A stretch of 20,971 nt of DNA from Macrostomum lignano (taxonomy: Eukaryota), in the NCBI GenBank assembly GCA_002269645.1, contig NIVC01005214.1, positions 1 to 20,971 of the forward strand. The letters run 5' to 3'. The first letter of the stretch is position 1. Every line of letters begins with the position of its first letter. The position numbers and the translations under genes were made by a program. The notes beneath the pieces are model-generated. The model saw nothing but the letters and a program-made list of their open reading frames with translations, did no database searches and had not been told where the DNA came from. Below, piece by piece: positions 11,543-20,971 of the stretch.

Positions 11543-11865
11543 AATAGAACCAACATTAATGGGCATATCGAAAGAAAATATACATTTGGCCTATCGGAAA
11601 TTTCAGTCACTAGGGCCTAAAGCAAAACGTAGGCCTATAGTACTCGTATAGGCCTAAAACACCTTGTTTAAAGATTAGTAATTGAAGATACATATCTACA
11701 TAACTTAATAAACTCTAATTTGTACCTAAACTCCTAATTTTCTCCGAGAACTCATCCTAGATTTATGGCTATCAATTACTAACTACCGTAATTAGCCCTA
11801 ATTGGTTGTTCTGGTCAATTACGCGAAAGAGCGAAAGAGCGAAATGGTTTCTGTATTTTAAAGTT

Positions 11866-14522
11866 AAAATGCTGAGCTAGGCCAAACTCAGCTCATTCTG
11901 AATTCATGATAGACTCAGGTGCTGGGATACACAGAGACAGTTAGAGAAGGAATCAGCCGGTTTGATGAAGATTATAGCGGCTCTCAAGTCCTCTCTGTGT
12001 TTGAGTGAAAATGCTGAGCTAGGCCAAACTCAGCTCATTCTGAATTCATGATAGACTCAGGTGCTGGGATACACAGAGACAGTTAGAGAAGGAATCAGCC
12101 GGTTTGATGAAGATTATAGCGGCTCTCAAGTCCTCTCTGTGTTTGAGTGAAAATGCTGAGCTAGGCCAAACTCAGCTCATTCTGAATTCATGATAGACTC
12201 AGGTGCTGGGACACACAGAGACAGTTAGAGAAGGAATCAGCCGGTTTGATGAAGATTATAGCGGCTCTCAAGTCCTCTCTGTGTTTGAGTGAAAATGCTG
12301 AGCTAGGCCAAACTCAGCTCATTCTGAATTCATGATAGACTCAGGTGCTGGGATACACAGAGACAGTTAGAGAAGGAATCAGCCGGTTTGATGAAGATTA
12401 TAGCGGCTCTCAAGTCCTCTGTGTTTGAGTGAAAATGCTGAGCTAGGCCAAACTCAGCTCATTCTGAATTCATGATAGACTCAGGTGCTGGGATACACAG
12501 AGACAGTTAGAGAAGGAATCAGCCGGTTTGATGAAGATTATAGCGGCTCTCAAGTCCTCTCTGTGTTTGAGTGAAAATGCTGAGCTAGGCCAAACTCAGC
12601 TCATTCTGAATTCATGATAGACTCAGGTGCTGGGATACACAGAGACAGTTAGAGAAGGAATCAGCCGGTTTGATGAAGATTATAGCGGCTCTCAAGTCCT
12701 CTCTGTGTTTGAGTGAAAATGCTGAGCTAGGCCAAACTCAGCTCATTCTGAATTCATGATAGACTCAGGTGCTGGGATACACAGAGACAGTTAGAGAAGG
12801 AATCAGCCGGTTTGATGAAGATTATAGCGGCTCTCAAGTCCTCTCTGTGTTTGAGTGAAAATGCTGAGCTAGGCCAAACTCAGCTCATTCTGAATTCATG
12901 ATAGACTCAGGTGCTGGGATACACAGAGACAGTTAGAGAAGGAATCAGCCGGTTTGATGAAGATTATAGCGGCTCTCAAGTCCTCTGTGTTTGAGTGAAA
13001 ATGCTGAGCTAGGCCAAACTCAGCTCATTCTGAATTCATGATAGACTCAGGTGCTGGGATACACAGAGACAGTTAGAGAAGGAATCAGCCGGTTTGATGA
13101 AGATTATAGCGGCTCTCAAGTCCTCTCTGTGTTTGAGTGAAAATGCTGAGCTAGGCCAAACTCAGCTCATTCTGAATTCATGATAGACTCAGGTGCTGGG
13201 ATACACAGAGACAGTTAGAGAAGGAATCAGCCGGTTTGATGAAGATTATAGCGGCTCTCAAGTCCTCTCTGTGTTTGAGTGAAAATGCTGAGCTAGGCCA
13301 AACTCAGCTCATTCTGAATTCATGATAGACTCAGGTGCTGGGATACACAGAGACAGTTAGAGAAGGAATCAGCCGGTTTGATGAAGATTATAGCGGCTCT
13401 CAAGTCCTCTCTGTGTTTGAGTGAAAATGCTGAGCTAGGCCAAACTCAGCTCATTCTGAATTCATGATAGACTCAGGTGCTGGGATACACAGAGACAGTT
13501 AGAGAAGGAATCAGCCGGTTTGATGAAGATTATAGCGGCTCTCAAGTCCTCTCTGTGTTTGAGTGAAAATGCTGAGCTAGGCCAAACTCAGCTCATTCTG
13601 AATTCATGATAGACTCAGGTGCTGGGATACACAGAGACAGTTAGAGAAGGAATCAGCCGGTTTGATGAAGATTATAGCGGCTCTCAAGTCCTCTGTGTTT
13701 GAGTGAAAATGCTGAGCTAGGCCAAACTCAGCTCATTCTGAATTCATGATAGACTCAGGTGCTGGGATACACAGAGACAGTTAGAGAAGGAATCAGCCGG
13801 TTTGATGAAGATTATAGCGGCTCTCAAGTCCTCTCTGTGTTTGAGTGAAAATGCTGAGCTAGGCCAAACTCAGCTCATTCTGAATTCATGATAGACTCAG
13901 GTGCTGGGATACACAGAGACAGTTAGAGAAGGAATCAGCCGGTTTGATGAAGATTATAGCGGCTCTCAAGTCCTCTCTGTGTTTGAGTGAAAATGCTGAG
14001 CTAGGCCAAACTCAGCTCATTCTGAATTCATGATAGACTCAGGTGCTGGGATACACAGAGACAGTTAGAGAAGGAATCAGCCGGTTTGATGAAGATTATA
14101 GCGGCTCTCAAGTCCTCTCTGTGTTTGAGTGAAAATGCTGAGCTAGGCCAAACTCAGCTCATTCTGAATTCATGATAGACTCAGGTGCTGGACACACAGA
14201 GACAGTTAGAGAAGGAATCAGCCGGTTTGATGAAGATTATAGCGGCTCTCAAGTCCTCTGTGTTTGAGTGAAAATGCTGAGCTAGGCCAAACTCAGCTCA
14301 TTCTGAATTCATGATAGACTCAGGTGCTGGGACACACAGAGACAGTTAGAGAAGGAATCAGCCGGTTTGATGAAGATTATAGCGGCTCTCAAGTCCTCTC
14401 TGTGTTTGAGTGAAAATGCTGAGCTAGGCCAAACTCAGCTCATTCTGAATTCATGATAGACTCAGGTGCTGGGATACACAGAGACAGTTAGAGAAGGAAT
14501 CAGCCGGTTTGATGAAGATTAT
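11866..14522. repeat. 142-bp tandem satellite, 18 full copies plus one partial
   Basis: The gctgagctag anchor starts at 11871, 12013, 12155, 12297, 12437 ... 14418. Copies are near-identical and differ only by a CT deletion, a T>C change and one G deletion. Confidence 0.98.
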
Positions 14523-15183
14523 ACGCAAACAAAAAGTATGAAATCTTTCAGTCCTTTTACGAATTGATGAGTGGCCGAAGCTGCCTTGGGCAATTCCATC
14601 TTCACACCCGTGCCAAAACATAGACAACGTGTGCGAATTGAGCCGATTTTCGAGTTACTTTTTACTCGTAGGTGCGAAAAAGACAGTTGGAAGACAGACG
14701 GTTTGCGATAAGGGCTGTGTCTATTAATTCATTTTTACTGGGAACCGAATTTAAATTCGCACATTTTAAGTCCGTAGGATTAGGCTCAAATTCTAAGCAC
14801 GATTTTTCGCACCCAATAGTCAAGTATTGGTCTATTGTCTAGAATCCCAGACCCTGGGCCTTTTCTGAGGCAATAGCGGCATGATCCACCTATCCTTATC
14901 TCTGACTATCGACTGTTTTGCAAAATTCGGTTTGTTTTCGCACTTCGTGGTGAGCCTGGAACCAATTCGCGCACATTTTAGACATGATGGGCCTAACGAA
15001 GCGCCAGAAGCATTATGTCATAACTTCACGCCCTTTCCACGAAGTAAATAAATGATATGGCCTAAATAGCGACCGCAATGAAGCGAGAGAGATAAATCCA
15101 TGCTTTGCATGCAGCATCCCGTTCATACTCCTGTTGCTCAATTTTGATATTTATTTTTAGAAGGAGCAGATGGAAAGAAAAAA

Positions 15184-16357
15184 GCAGATGGAGAGGAAGA
15201 GGCGGATGCAGAGGAAGGGCGGATGCAGAGGAAGGGATGGATGAAGAGGAAGGGATGGAATCAGAGGAAGGGCAGATGCAGAGGAAGGGGCGGATGCAGA
15301 GGAAGGGCGGATGCAGAGGAAGGGCGGGTGTAGAGGAAGGGGCAGATGCAGAGGAAGGGCGGATGCAGAGGAAGGGGCGGATGCAGAGGAAGGGCGGATG
15401 CAGAGGAAGGGCGGGTGTAGAGGAAGGGGCAGATGCAGAGGAAGGGCGGATGCAGAGGAAGGGGCGGATGCAGAGGAAGGGCGGATGCAGAGGAAGGGGC
15501 GGATGCAGAGGAAGGGATGGATGAAGAGGAAGGGATGGAATCAGAGGAAGGGATGGAATCAGAGGAAGGGCGGATGCAGAGGAAGGGGCGGATGCAGAGG
15601 AAGGGATGGAATCAGAGGAAGGGATGGAATCAGAGGAAGGGCGGATGCAGAGGAAGGGGCGGATGCAGAGGAAGGGGCGGATGCAGAGGAAGGGGCGGAT
15701 GCAGAGGAAGGGCGGATGCAGAGGAAGGGCGGATGCAGAGGAAGGGGGGTGTAGAGGAAGGGGCAGATGCAGAGGAAGGGCGGATGCAGAGGAAGGGGCG
15801 GATGCAGAGGAAGGGCGGATGCAGAGGAAGGGCGGGTGTAGAGGAAGGGGCAGATGCAGAGGAAGGGATGCATGCAGAGGAAGGGCGGATGCAGAGGAAG
15901 GGCGGATGCAGAGGAAGGGCAGATGCAGAGGAAGGGATGCATGCAGAGGAAGGGCGGATGCAGAGGAAGGGATGGAATCAGAGGAAGGGCAGATGCAGAG
16001 GAAGGGCGGGTGTAAGGAAGGGGCGGATGCAGAGGAAGGGCGGATGCAGAGGAAGGGCGGATGCAGAGGAAGGGCGGATGCAGAGGAAGGGCGGATGCAG
16101 AGGAAGGCGGGTGTAGAGGAAGGGGCGGATGCAGAGGAAGGGATGCATGCAGAGGAAGGGCGGATGCAGAGGAAGGGATGCATGCAGAGGAAGGGCAGAT
16201 GCAGAGGAAGGGATGGAATCAGAGGAAGGGCAGATGCAGAGGAAGGGCGGGTGTAGAGGAAGGGGCGGATGCAGAGGAAGGGCAGATGCAGAGGAAGGGC
16301 GGATGCAGAGGAAGGGCAGATGCAGAGGAAGGGCGGATGCAGAGGAAGGGGCGGATG
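15184..16357 (+). repeat. 17/18-bp G-rich minisatellite (gatgcagaggaaggg(g)cg), ~65 copies
   Basis: The core cagaggaaggg repeats with variant linkers cggatg, cagatg, cgggtgt, atggaat and atgcatg. Confidence 0.95.
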
Positions 16358-16903
16358 GAAAAGGAGTGGATAGGGAGAAAGGATCCGCTGGCTTATTCTA
16401 GTCCCAGTGTCAGCAGATTTAAGCATAAAAAATCCTTTGGCTGATCCAGAATTTGGGATTCCAACTGTAAATAAAAAAGCGCTACATATAGATGTGGCCA
16501 GAGTGAGAGATGGATAATTCCCATCTAAAGTTCTTGCATCCAGATTTCAAAAACTGAACGACGAGGAGAAAATTTGGCCTACGCAGACATGACCAGTTTT
16601 CCTCGTGCTGTCATTGGTTAGCCGAATTCCTTGCGCAGTCATGAGGATTGGCTGTTTCTGTTTGCTTTCCTGCGGCACCAATCAACTTTCCAACGTCCAT
16701 TCATGCGTTTAAAATATTTGAATCAGGTTAAAAACCAATTGGCCCTAGCTACGTTAGACATTTGATTTTCAAGGCTCATCAATATCAACTGACATCTGCA
16801 ACATCGTTTCGAGATCGGACATCCGGATTACTGCTGCCTTCGCGAAACGCTTAAAAATTTTGCTTCTAATTATTGACTTTGTATTCATAGTCTACGTTAA
16901 CGG

Positions 16904-17594
16904 CCTCTCTATCTCTCCATCAGCCGCCCGTCTACTCTCTATCAGCCGCCCGTCTCCTCTCTATCAGCCGCCCGTCTCCTCTCTATCAGCCGCCCGTCTC
17001 CTCTCTATCAGCTGCCTGTCTCCTCTCTATCAGCCGCCCGTCTCCTCTCTATCAGCCGCTTGTCTATCTCCTCTCTATAAGCTGCCTGTCTCCTCTCTCT
17101 CTATCAGCCGCCCGTCTCCTCTCTATCAGCCGCTTGTCTATCTCCTCTCTATAAGCTGCCTGTCTGTCTCCTCTCTATCAGCCGCCCGTCTCCTCTCTAT
17201 CAGCCGCCCGTCTCCTTTCTATCAGCCGCTTGTCTATCTCCTCTCTATCAGCTTTCTGTCTCCTCTCTATCAGCCGCCCGTCTCCTCTCTATCAGCCGCT
17301 TGTCTATCTCCTCTCTATCAGCGGCTTGTCTCCTCTCTATCAGCCGCCTGCCTGTCTCCTCTTTATCAGCTTTCTGTCTATCTCCACTCTATCAGCCGCC
17401 CGTCTCCCCTCTATCAGCCACCCGTCTCCTCTCTATCAGCCGCCCGTCTCCTCTCTATCAGCCGCCCGTCTCCTCTCTATCAGCCGCCCGTCTCCTCTCT
17501 ATCAGCCGCCTGCCTGTCTCCTCTCTATCAGCTGCCTGTCTATCTCCTCTCTATCAGCTGCCTGTCTATCTCCTCTCTATCAGCTCTCTATCAG
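16904..17594 (+). repeat. 22-bp C/T-rich minisatellite (ctctctatcagccgcccgtctc), ~30 copies
   Basis: cagccg recurs at 16921, 16943 and 16965 (period 22). Variants include cagctgcctgtc and cagccgcttgtctatc. Confidence 0.95.
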
Positions 17595-18400
17595 ATTTTG
17601 AATATTTATTGCGAGCTTTTTCTTTCTTGTCTTTGCAAAAAATCTACATGTATACAAGGCTGGGGTAAACAGATGAAGCCAATGAGCCTATGGTTTTGGC
17701 GGTCCACCTTGTTGCAGTGATTGCAGTTTGAGAACGAGGTGATGGTTTTCTGGAAAATTTTAAGAATCCACAGCATTTTTTCTTCACATCTTGCATGCGA
17801 CTACTTGAAGTAAAAATTTACGAGTATGATGAGAAAAAATAAAATATAAAATTACAAGAACTTGTTTGCAAAAAAATCGTTTTTTTACAATTTTTTACTT
17901 TTACTTTATTCTTCTTCCTTAAGTTTTTGAAAAATATTAACTATATGATAAAAAAAGGTTAAAAGTATACTAGAGGTACTTTTTTCTTTCAAAAAAAGGT
18001 AATAATGCCAAAATAAATGCTTATGTTGAAAGCTGAAACATTAGTAGGTCCTTCAGAAGAACTCCGAAATGGGCAAAGTATCAGCTCTGCTTTAAAGAAC
18101 TTGTGTTTTTTAAAAATTCTTTAATGCTTTTCCGATTTGACTGTCTAAAATAAGTAGAAAAATATGGCTTTTTATCAATTTAGCATGAAAGAGTTTAAAG
18201 AAATGGCAAAAAGGTAAAAATCACGATTTTTCTATTCAATGGGGGTACTCTATTCAAATGCAGATAAACAATATTTTTCTACATTTATCTAAGCGAAAGT
18301 TATACTTTTTAGAAAGAGTATGAATTAATCTTTACAATGATATATATTTTAGAAAAAACGAACGAGAAATAAAAAAGTTATTAGTGTTCAAACACAAAAA

Positions 18401-18462
18401 CCGAACGTCAGATACCCTGTTCGGTTTGAAGATACCCTAGAATCATCGTTCGGTTTTGAGAT
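18401..18462. repeat. Right internal cluster of CCGAAC motifs
   Basis: ccgaac lies at 18401. tgttcggtttgaagataccct (18418-18438) reverse-complements to agggtatcttcaaaccgaaca, which closely resembles left 2812-2832. cgttcggttttgagat lies at 18447. Confidence 0.8.
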
Positions 18463-18621
18463 AAAATCATCAATAACTTTTTTTCTACTTGTGCAATAAA
18501 GTAAAGCAAACATTCATTTGAAAGAAAAAAATGTTTTAAACAACTTCGGAGTAGTTTCATTTTATTACACATTAAACTTTTTTTGCTATCTATGAGAGAA
18601 TGTCGAAAAATGACACTTTCA

Positions 18622-18645
18622 TGTTCGGTTGATGAGATCTTACCC
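18622..18645 (-). repeat. Right terminal inverted repeat (24 bp)
   Basis: tgttcggttgatgagatcttaccc followed by TA. Confidence 0.9.
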
Positions 18646-19945
18646 TATGTTGTATAATTATAGAGTGTAACATTATAAGATAGTTAAAGTTATTAAAATA
18701 CATTATTATAGCTTTTCTATCATTTCATTAGACTCATTTTAGGTCGTAATTAAACTTACCGTTTTAACAAATCATTTTATTAAAAATAAAGCTATACAAA
18801 AATAATTTGTGCTTTAATAGACTTTTTTACCTTTTAAAAACTTGAATAAATTTATTTTATAGCTTTATTGCTTTCAAATTGCCAAAAAACGAATTTTCAT
18901 AAAACTTGCCCCTGATTTTTGGATTTCACCATTATCAATGAAAATGGTAACATACAATTATTGTAAAAAGATTTATAACTTTTTACTTGACAAATTTCAA
19001 AAGCAAGATGTCTTTTTATCCAGGCAAATAAATTTTATCAAATACAGTTAAAAAGTACTAATAAAATAACTAGGCCTATCAAAATCTCACTGGGCTGGAG
19101 TCCCTACTTATGGTTATACTCAACTTAAATGGGAATAAAGATTACATACTACCATCTAATATACTAAATACAGACATACTAAATTTACTTACCCCCATAT
19201 AATGTAATTAGTCTTTGTACTCTTAGGATAGGCAAAGTCTCCAAAGATAACTTCATCATCTTTTTCTACTATTTCTTTATTTTTTATAGTGTAGTCTCGA
19301 ATTATTGAAAGAACATCAGCCATGACAATACAAATTATTAACTACTTTAATTTTTAAGGACTTGATCAGAAAAAAATTCACTGTAATTTTAGCCTGCAAA
19401 TTTACAACGATTTCTTTCTAAGGCTCTAAACTCAACTAGCTCTCTAGCGGCTACCGAACAACACTATACTATACACTCGTCGTCATGCAATACAATATTT
19501 TTTCGTTGACTAGTTTTAAAAACTAGTTTTAATTCTTTAAAAATAACAAAATTGTATAAAAAAGCAAATGCTAAAAAGCAATGAAAGTTAAAAAATTTTC
19601 AAAAAAATTAAACGAAATGTTTTTTATATGCTTTACTTTGGATCCAAATTCTTTTTTAAAAATTACTGTTTTCTAACTCAAATCCTCGCGCGCCAACTCC
19701 AACGCGACACTCTGGATAGATCACTCCACTCTCGCCCATTTTCATTTATGGATGTTGATCTAAACTGAAACTTGAAGGTAAAAACACTGAGTTACTGACT
19801 TGACTATAGGTCACATGGGCAAAAATTACGCAACTGGTGTGGTGTACAATGCTATAATTATATACTTTTTTTATTTAGACCTACAATACAATATGTGGCT
19901 TGTGGCCTAATGGTGCCCTAACCCACTGACCAAGAGCAATGGCTA

Positions 19946-20230
19946 GAGTTCCAGCACTGGAACCCATTTTCTAATAGCTATGGATCGGCAGTCTTCTGCA
20001 GGCAGTTATCTACTAATACTAATGACATCTTTGAACATTAGAAGTATCTTCTTTTGAATCTCATCATTTTGTTTTGATCTCAGGCCCTATTTTGAACAAA
20101 ATCTCAATATAAACCACCTGTCAAAAATTAAAATGTTTCTGCTATATTATACCCATAAACTGCACTACAGGAATACCATTGCTAGATCCAAAGCCATTAA
20201 AAATGGGTTCCAATGCCAGAACTGGAACTC
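19946..20230. mobile_element. Small MITE with ~45-bp imperfect TIRs, TA-flanked
   Basis: The left end ta|gagttccagcactggaacccattttctaatagctatggatc aligns to the reverse complement of the right end, ta|gagttccagttctggcattggaacccatttttaatggctttggatc. Confidence 0.75.
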
Positions 20231-20447
20231 TAAGTCTCGAGCCTTTGCCCTGACCAAGACCTGATAGGCCTATGAGACCTACACCCTAGGCCCCTAGCCT
20301 AAACCTAGGCTAGTCAATGAGTCAAGCTAGGCATAATATTTTTAATAAAAAATAATGTATTCTTATAGTTATGCCTTCAGGTTGTTCTACAATTGGGTCC
20401 CATCATGTTTTTGAACTTTAAGCACTTGTAACTTTTGAAGGTGCGCA

Positions 20448-20492
20448 GTCATTTCGTCTGCCGCCTTTTCGTCTGCCGGCAGACAAAACGAC
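20448..20492. repeat. Palindromic/direct gtctgcc cluster; possible left terminus of another DNA transposon
   Basis: tttcgtctgcc occurs twice, there is a perfect 14-bp palindrome gtctgccggcagac (20471-20484), and the outer arms gtcatttcgtctgcc / ggcagacaaaacgac match 13/15. Confidence 0.55.
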
Positions 20493-20971
20493 TTTTTAAA
20501 ATAAGTAGCAAAATAAGTTTTATAAATGGCTGAAATTAATTTATAGTTTATTTTTAATACTTATAATTTACTAGTAATTTTCAGATTTAGAATTAGATGT
20601 AGTCTTTGTATTTTTTATTTTGCTTATCGCAATGTTTCAAGAAATACAATTATTCGTATATAAGCTTTAATTGAATCTACGTAGTGAGCTATGAATGGGA
20701 TTTATAATTTGTGCGCGTGTAACCTACTTATAATAAGTAAAATAATTCCAACTCGACTAATTGCTTTTGAGCTTTGAAGCTTTGAGACGGTTAAGAGATA
20801 GTATGGCGTCTGCCATATCATGACGAAAATGCATTGAATTCGTTCAATTGCGTAGTTTAATAAATATAAAAAAATATTTAGAAATTACTCGTTTAAGTCA
20901 TTACTACTAAGAAATGATCCCAATATCTTAGTCATTGTTATCTTAAATATCTCAAATCTCAAATTAATGAC

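Larger units (their letters stand above)
2788..18645. mobile_element. Putative giant non-autonomous Tc1/mariner-superfamily TIR element (15.9 kb) carrying tandem arrays
   Basis: Perfect 24-bp TIRs, TA outside both ends (2786-2787 and 18646-18647), and internal CCGAAC clusters near both ends. I found no nearer partner terminus for either end and no transposase ORF. Confidence 0.65.

Noticed and set aside
11866-14522. Hammerhead ribozyme/retrozyme, 5S rRNA or snRNA tandem array
   Set aside because: tgatga, gaaa and a stem ending in UUC are present, but the bases adjoining the core cannot form stems I and II. There is no CUGANGA on either strand and no resemblance to 5S or U snRNAs that I can recognise.
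11700-15060. Helitron/Helentron (HINE)-type wrapper around the 142-bp array
   Set aside because: Such elements often hold central tandem repeats, but I could not find a convincing sub-TIR pair or a 3' hairpin with a CTRR end here.
15062-16444. Pro/Leu-rich and Arg/Gly/Glu-rich ORFs
   Set aside because: They are frames of the mixed 17/18-bp minisatellite and switch constantly.
17641-17653. 13-bp match (aatctacatgtat) to the reverse strand of the 45-bp unit
   Set aside because: It is built on the low-complexity palindrome tacatgta and the match does not extend.
16860-17720. 286-aa Ser/Leu-rich ORF and overlapping ORFs
   Set aside because: They are translations of the 22-bp minisatellite, which cycles through frames.
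17596-17795. Minus-strand open frame containing CNHCNK (possible zinc-finger exon)
   Set aside because: It has a single CxxC with no His or Cys partners at zinc-finger spacing and no recognisable family, and it is short enough to be chance.

Overview
AT-rich eukaryotic (probably invertebrate) genomic DNA made almost entirely of repeats. I can support no protein-coding gene or structural RNA gene; the long ORFs in the track are stop-free frames of tandem repeats. The main structure is a perfect 24-bp inverted repeat (GGGTAAGATCTCATCAACCGAACA) at 2788-2811 and 18622-18645. Each copy has TA on its outer side and is followed inward by a cluster of CCGAAC sub-terminal motifs. Together they bracket 15,858 bp with no recognisable transposase. 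About 11.4 kb (~72%) of that interval is four different tandem arrays (45, 142, 17/18 and 22 bp units), and it also holds a nested hAT-type MITE. The best hypothesis is a giant non-autonomous Tc1/mariner-type element carrying or incubating satellites. Two unrelated half-elements cannot be excluded from this window alone. Outside it are a hAT/Charlie-like MITE swollen by a 1.4-kb GA-rich tract (583-2075), a small TA-flanked MITE (19946-20230) and a probable further element end near 20450.
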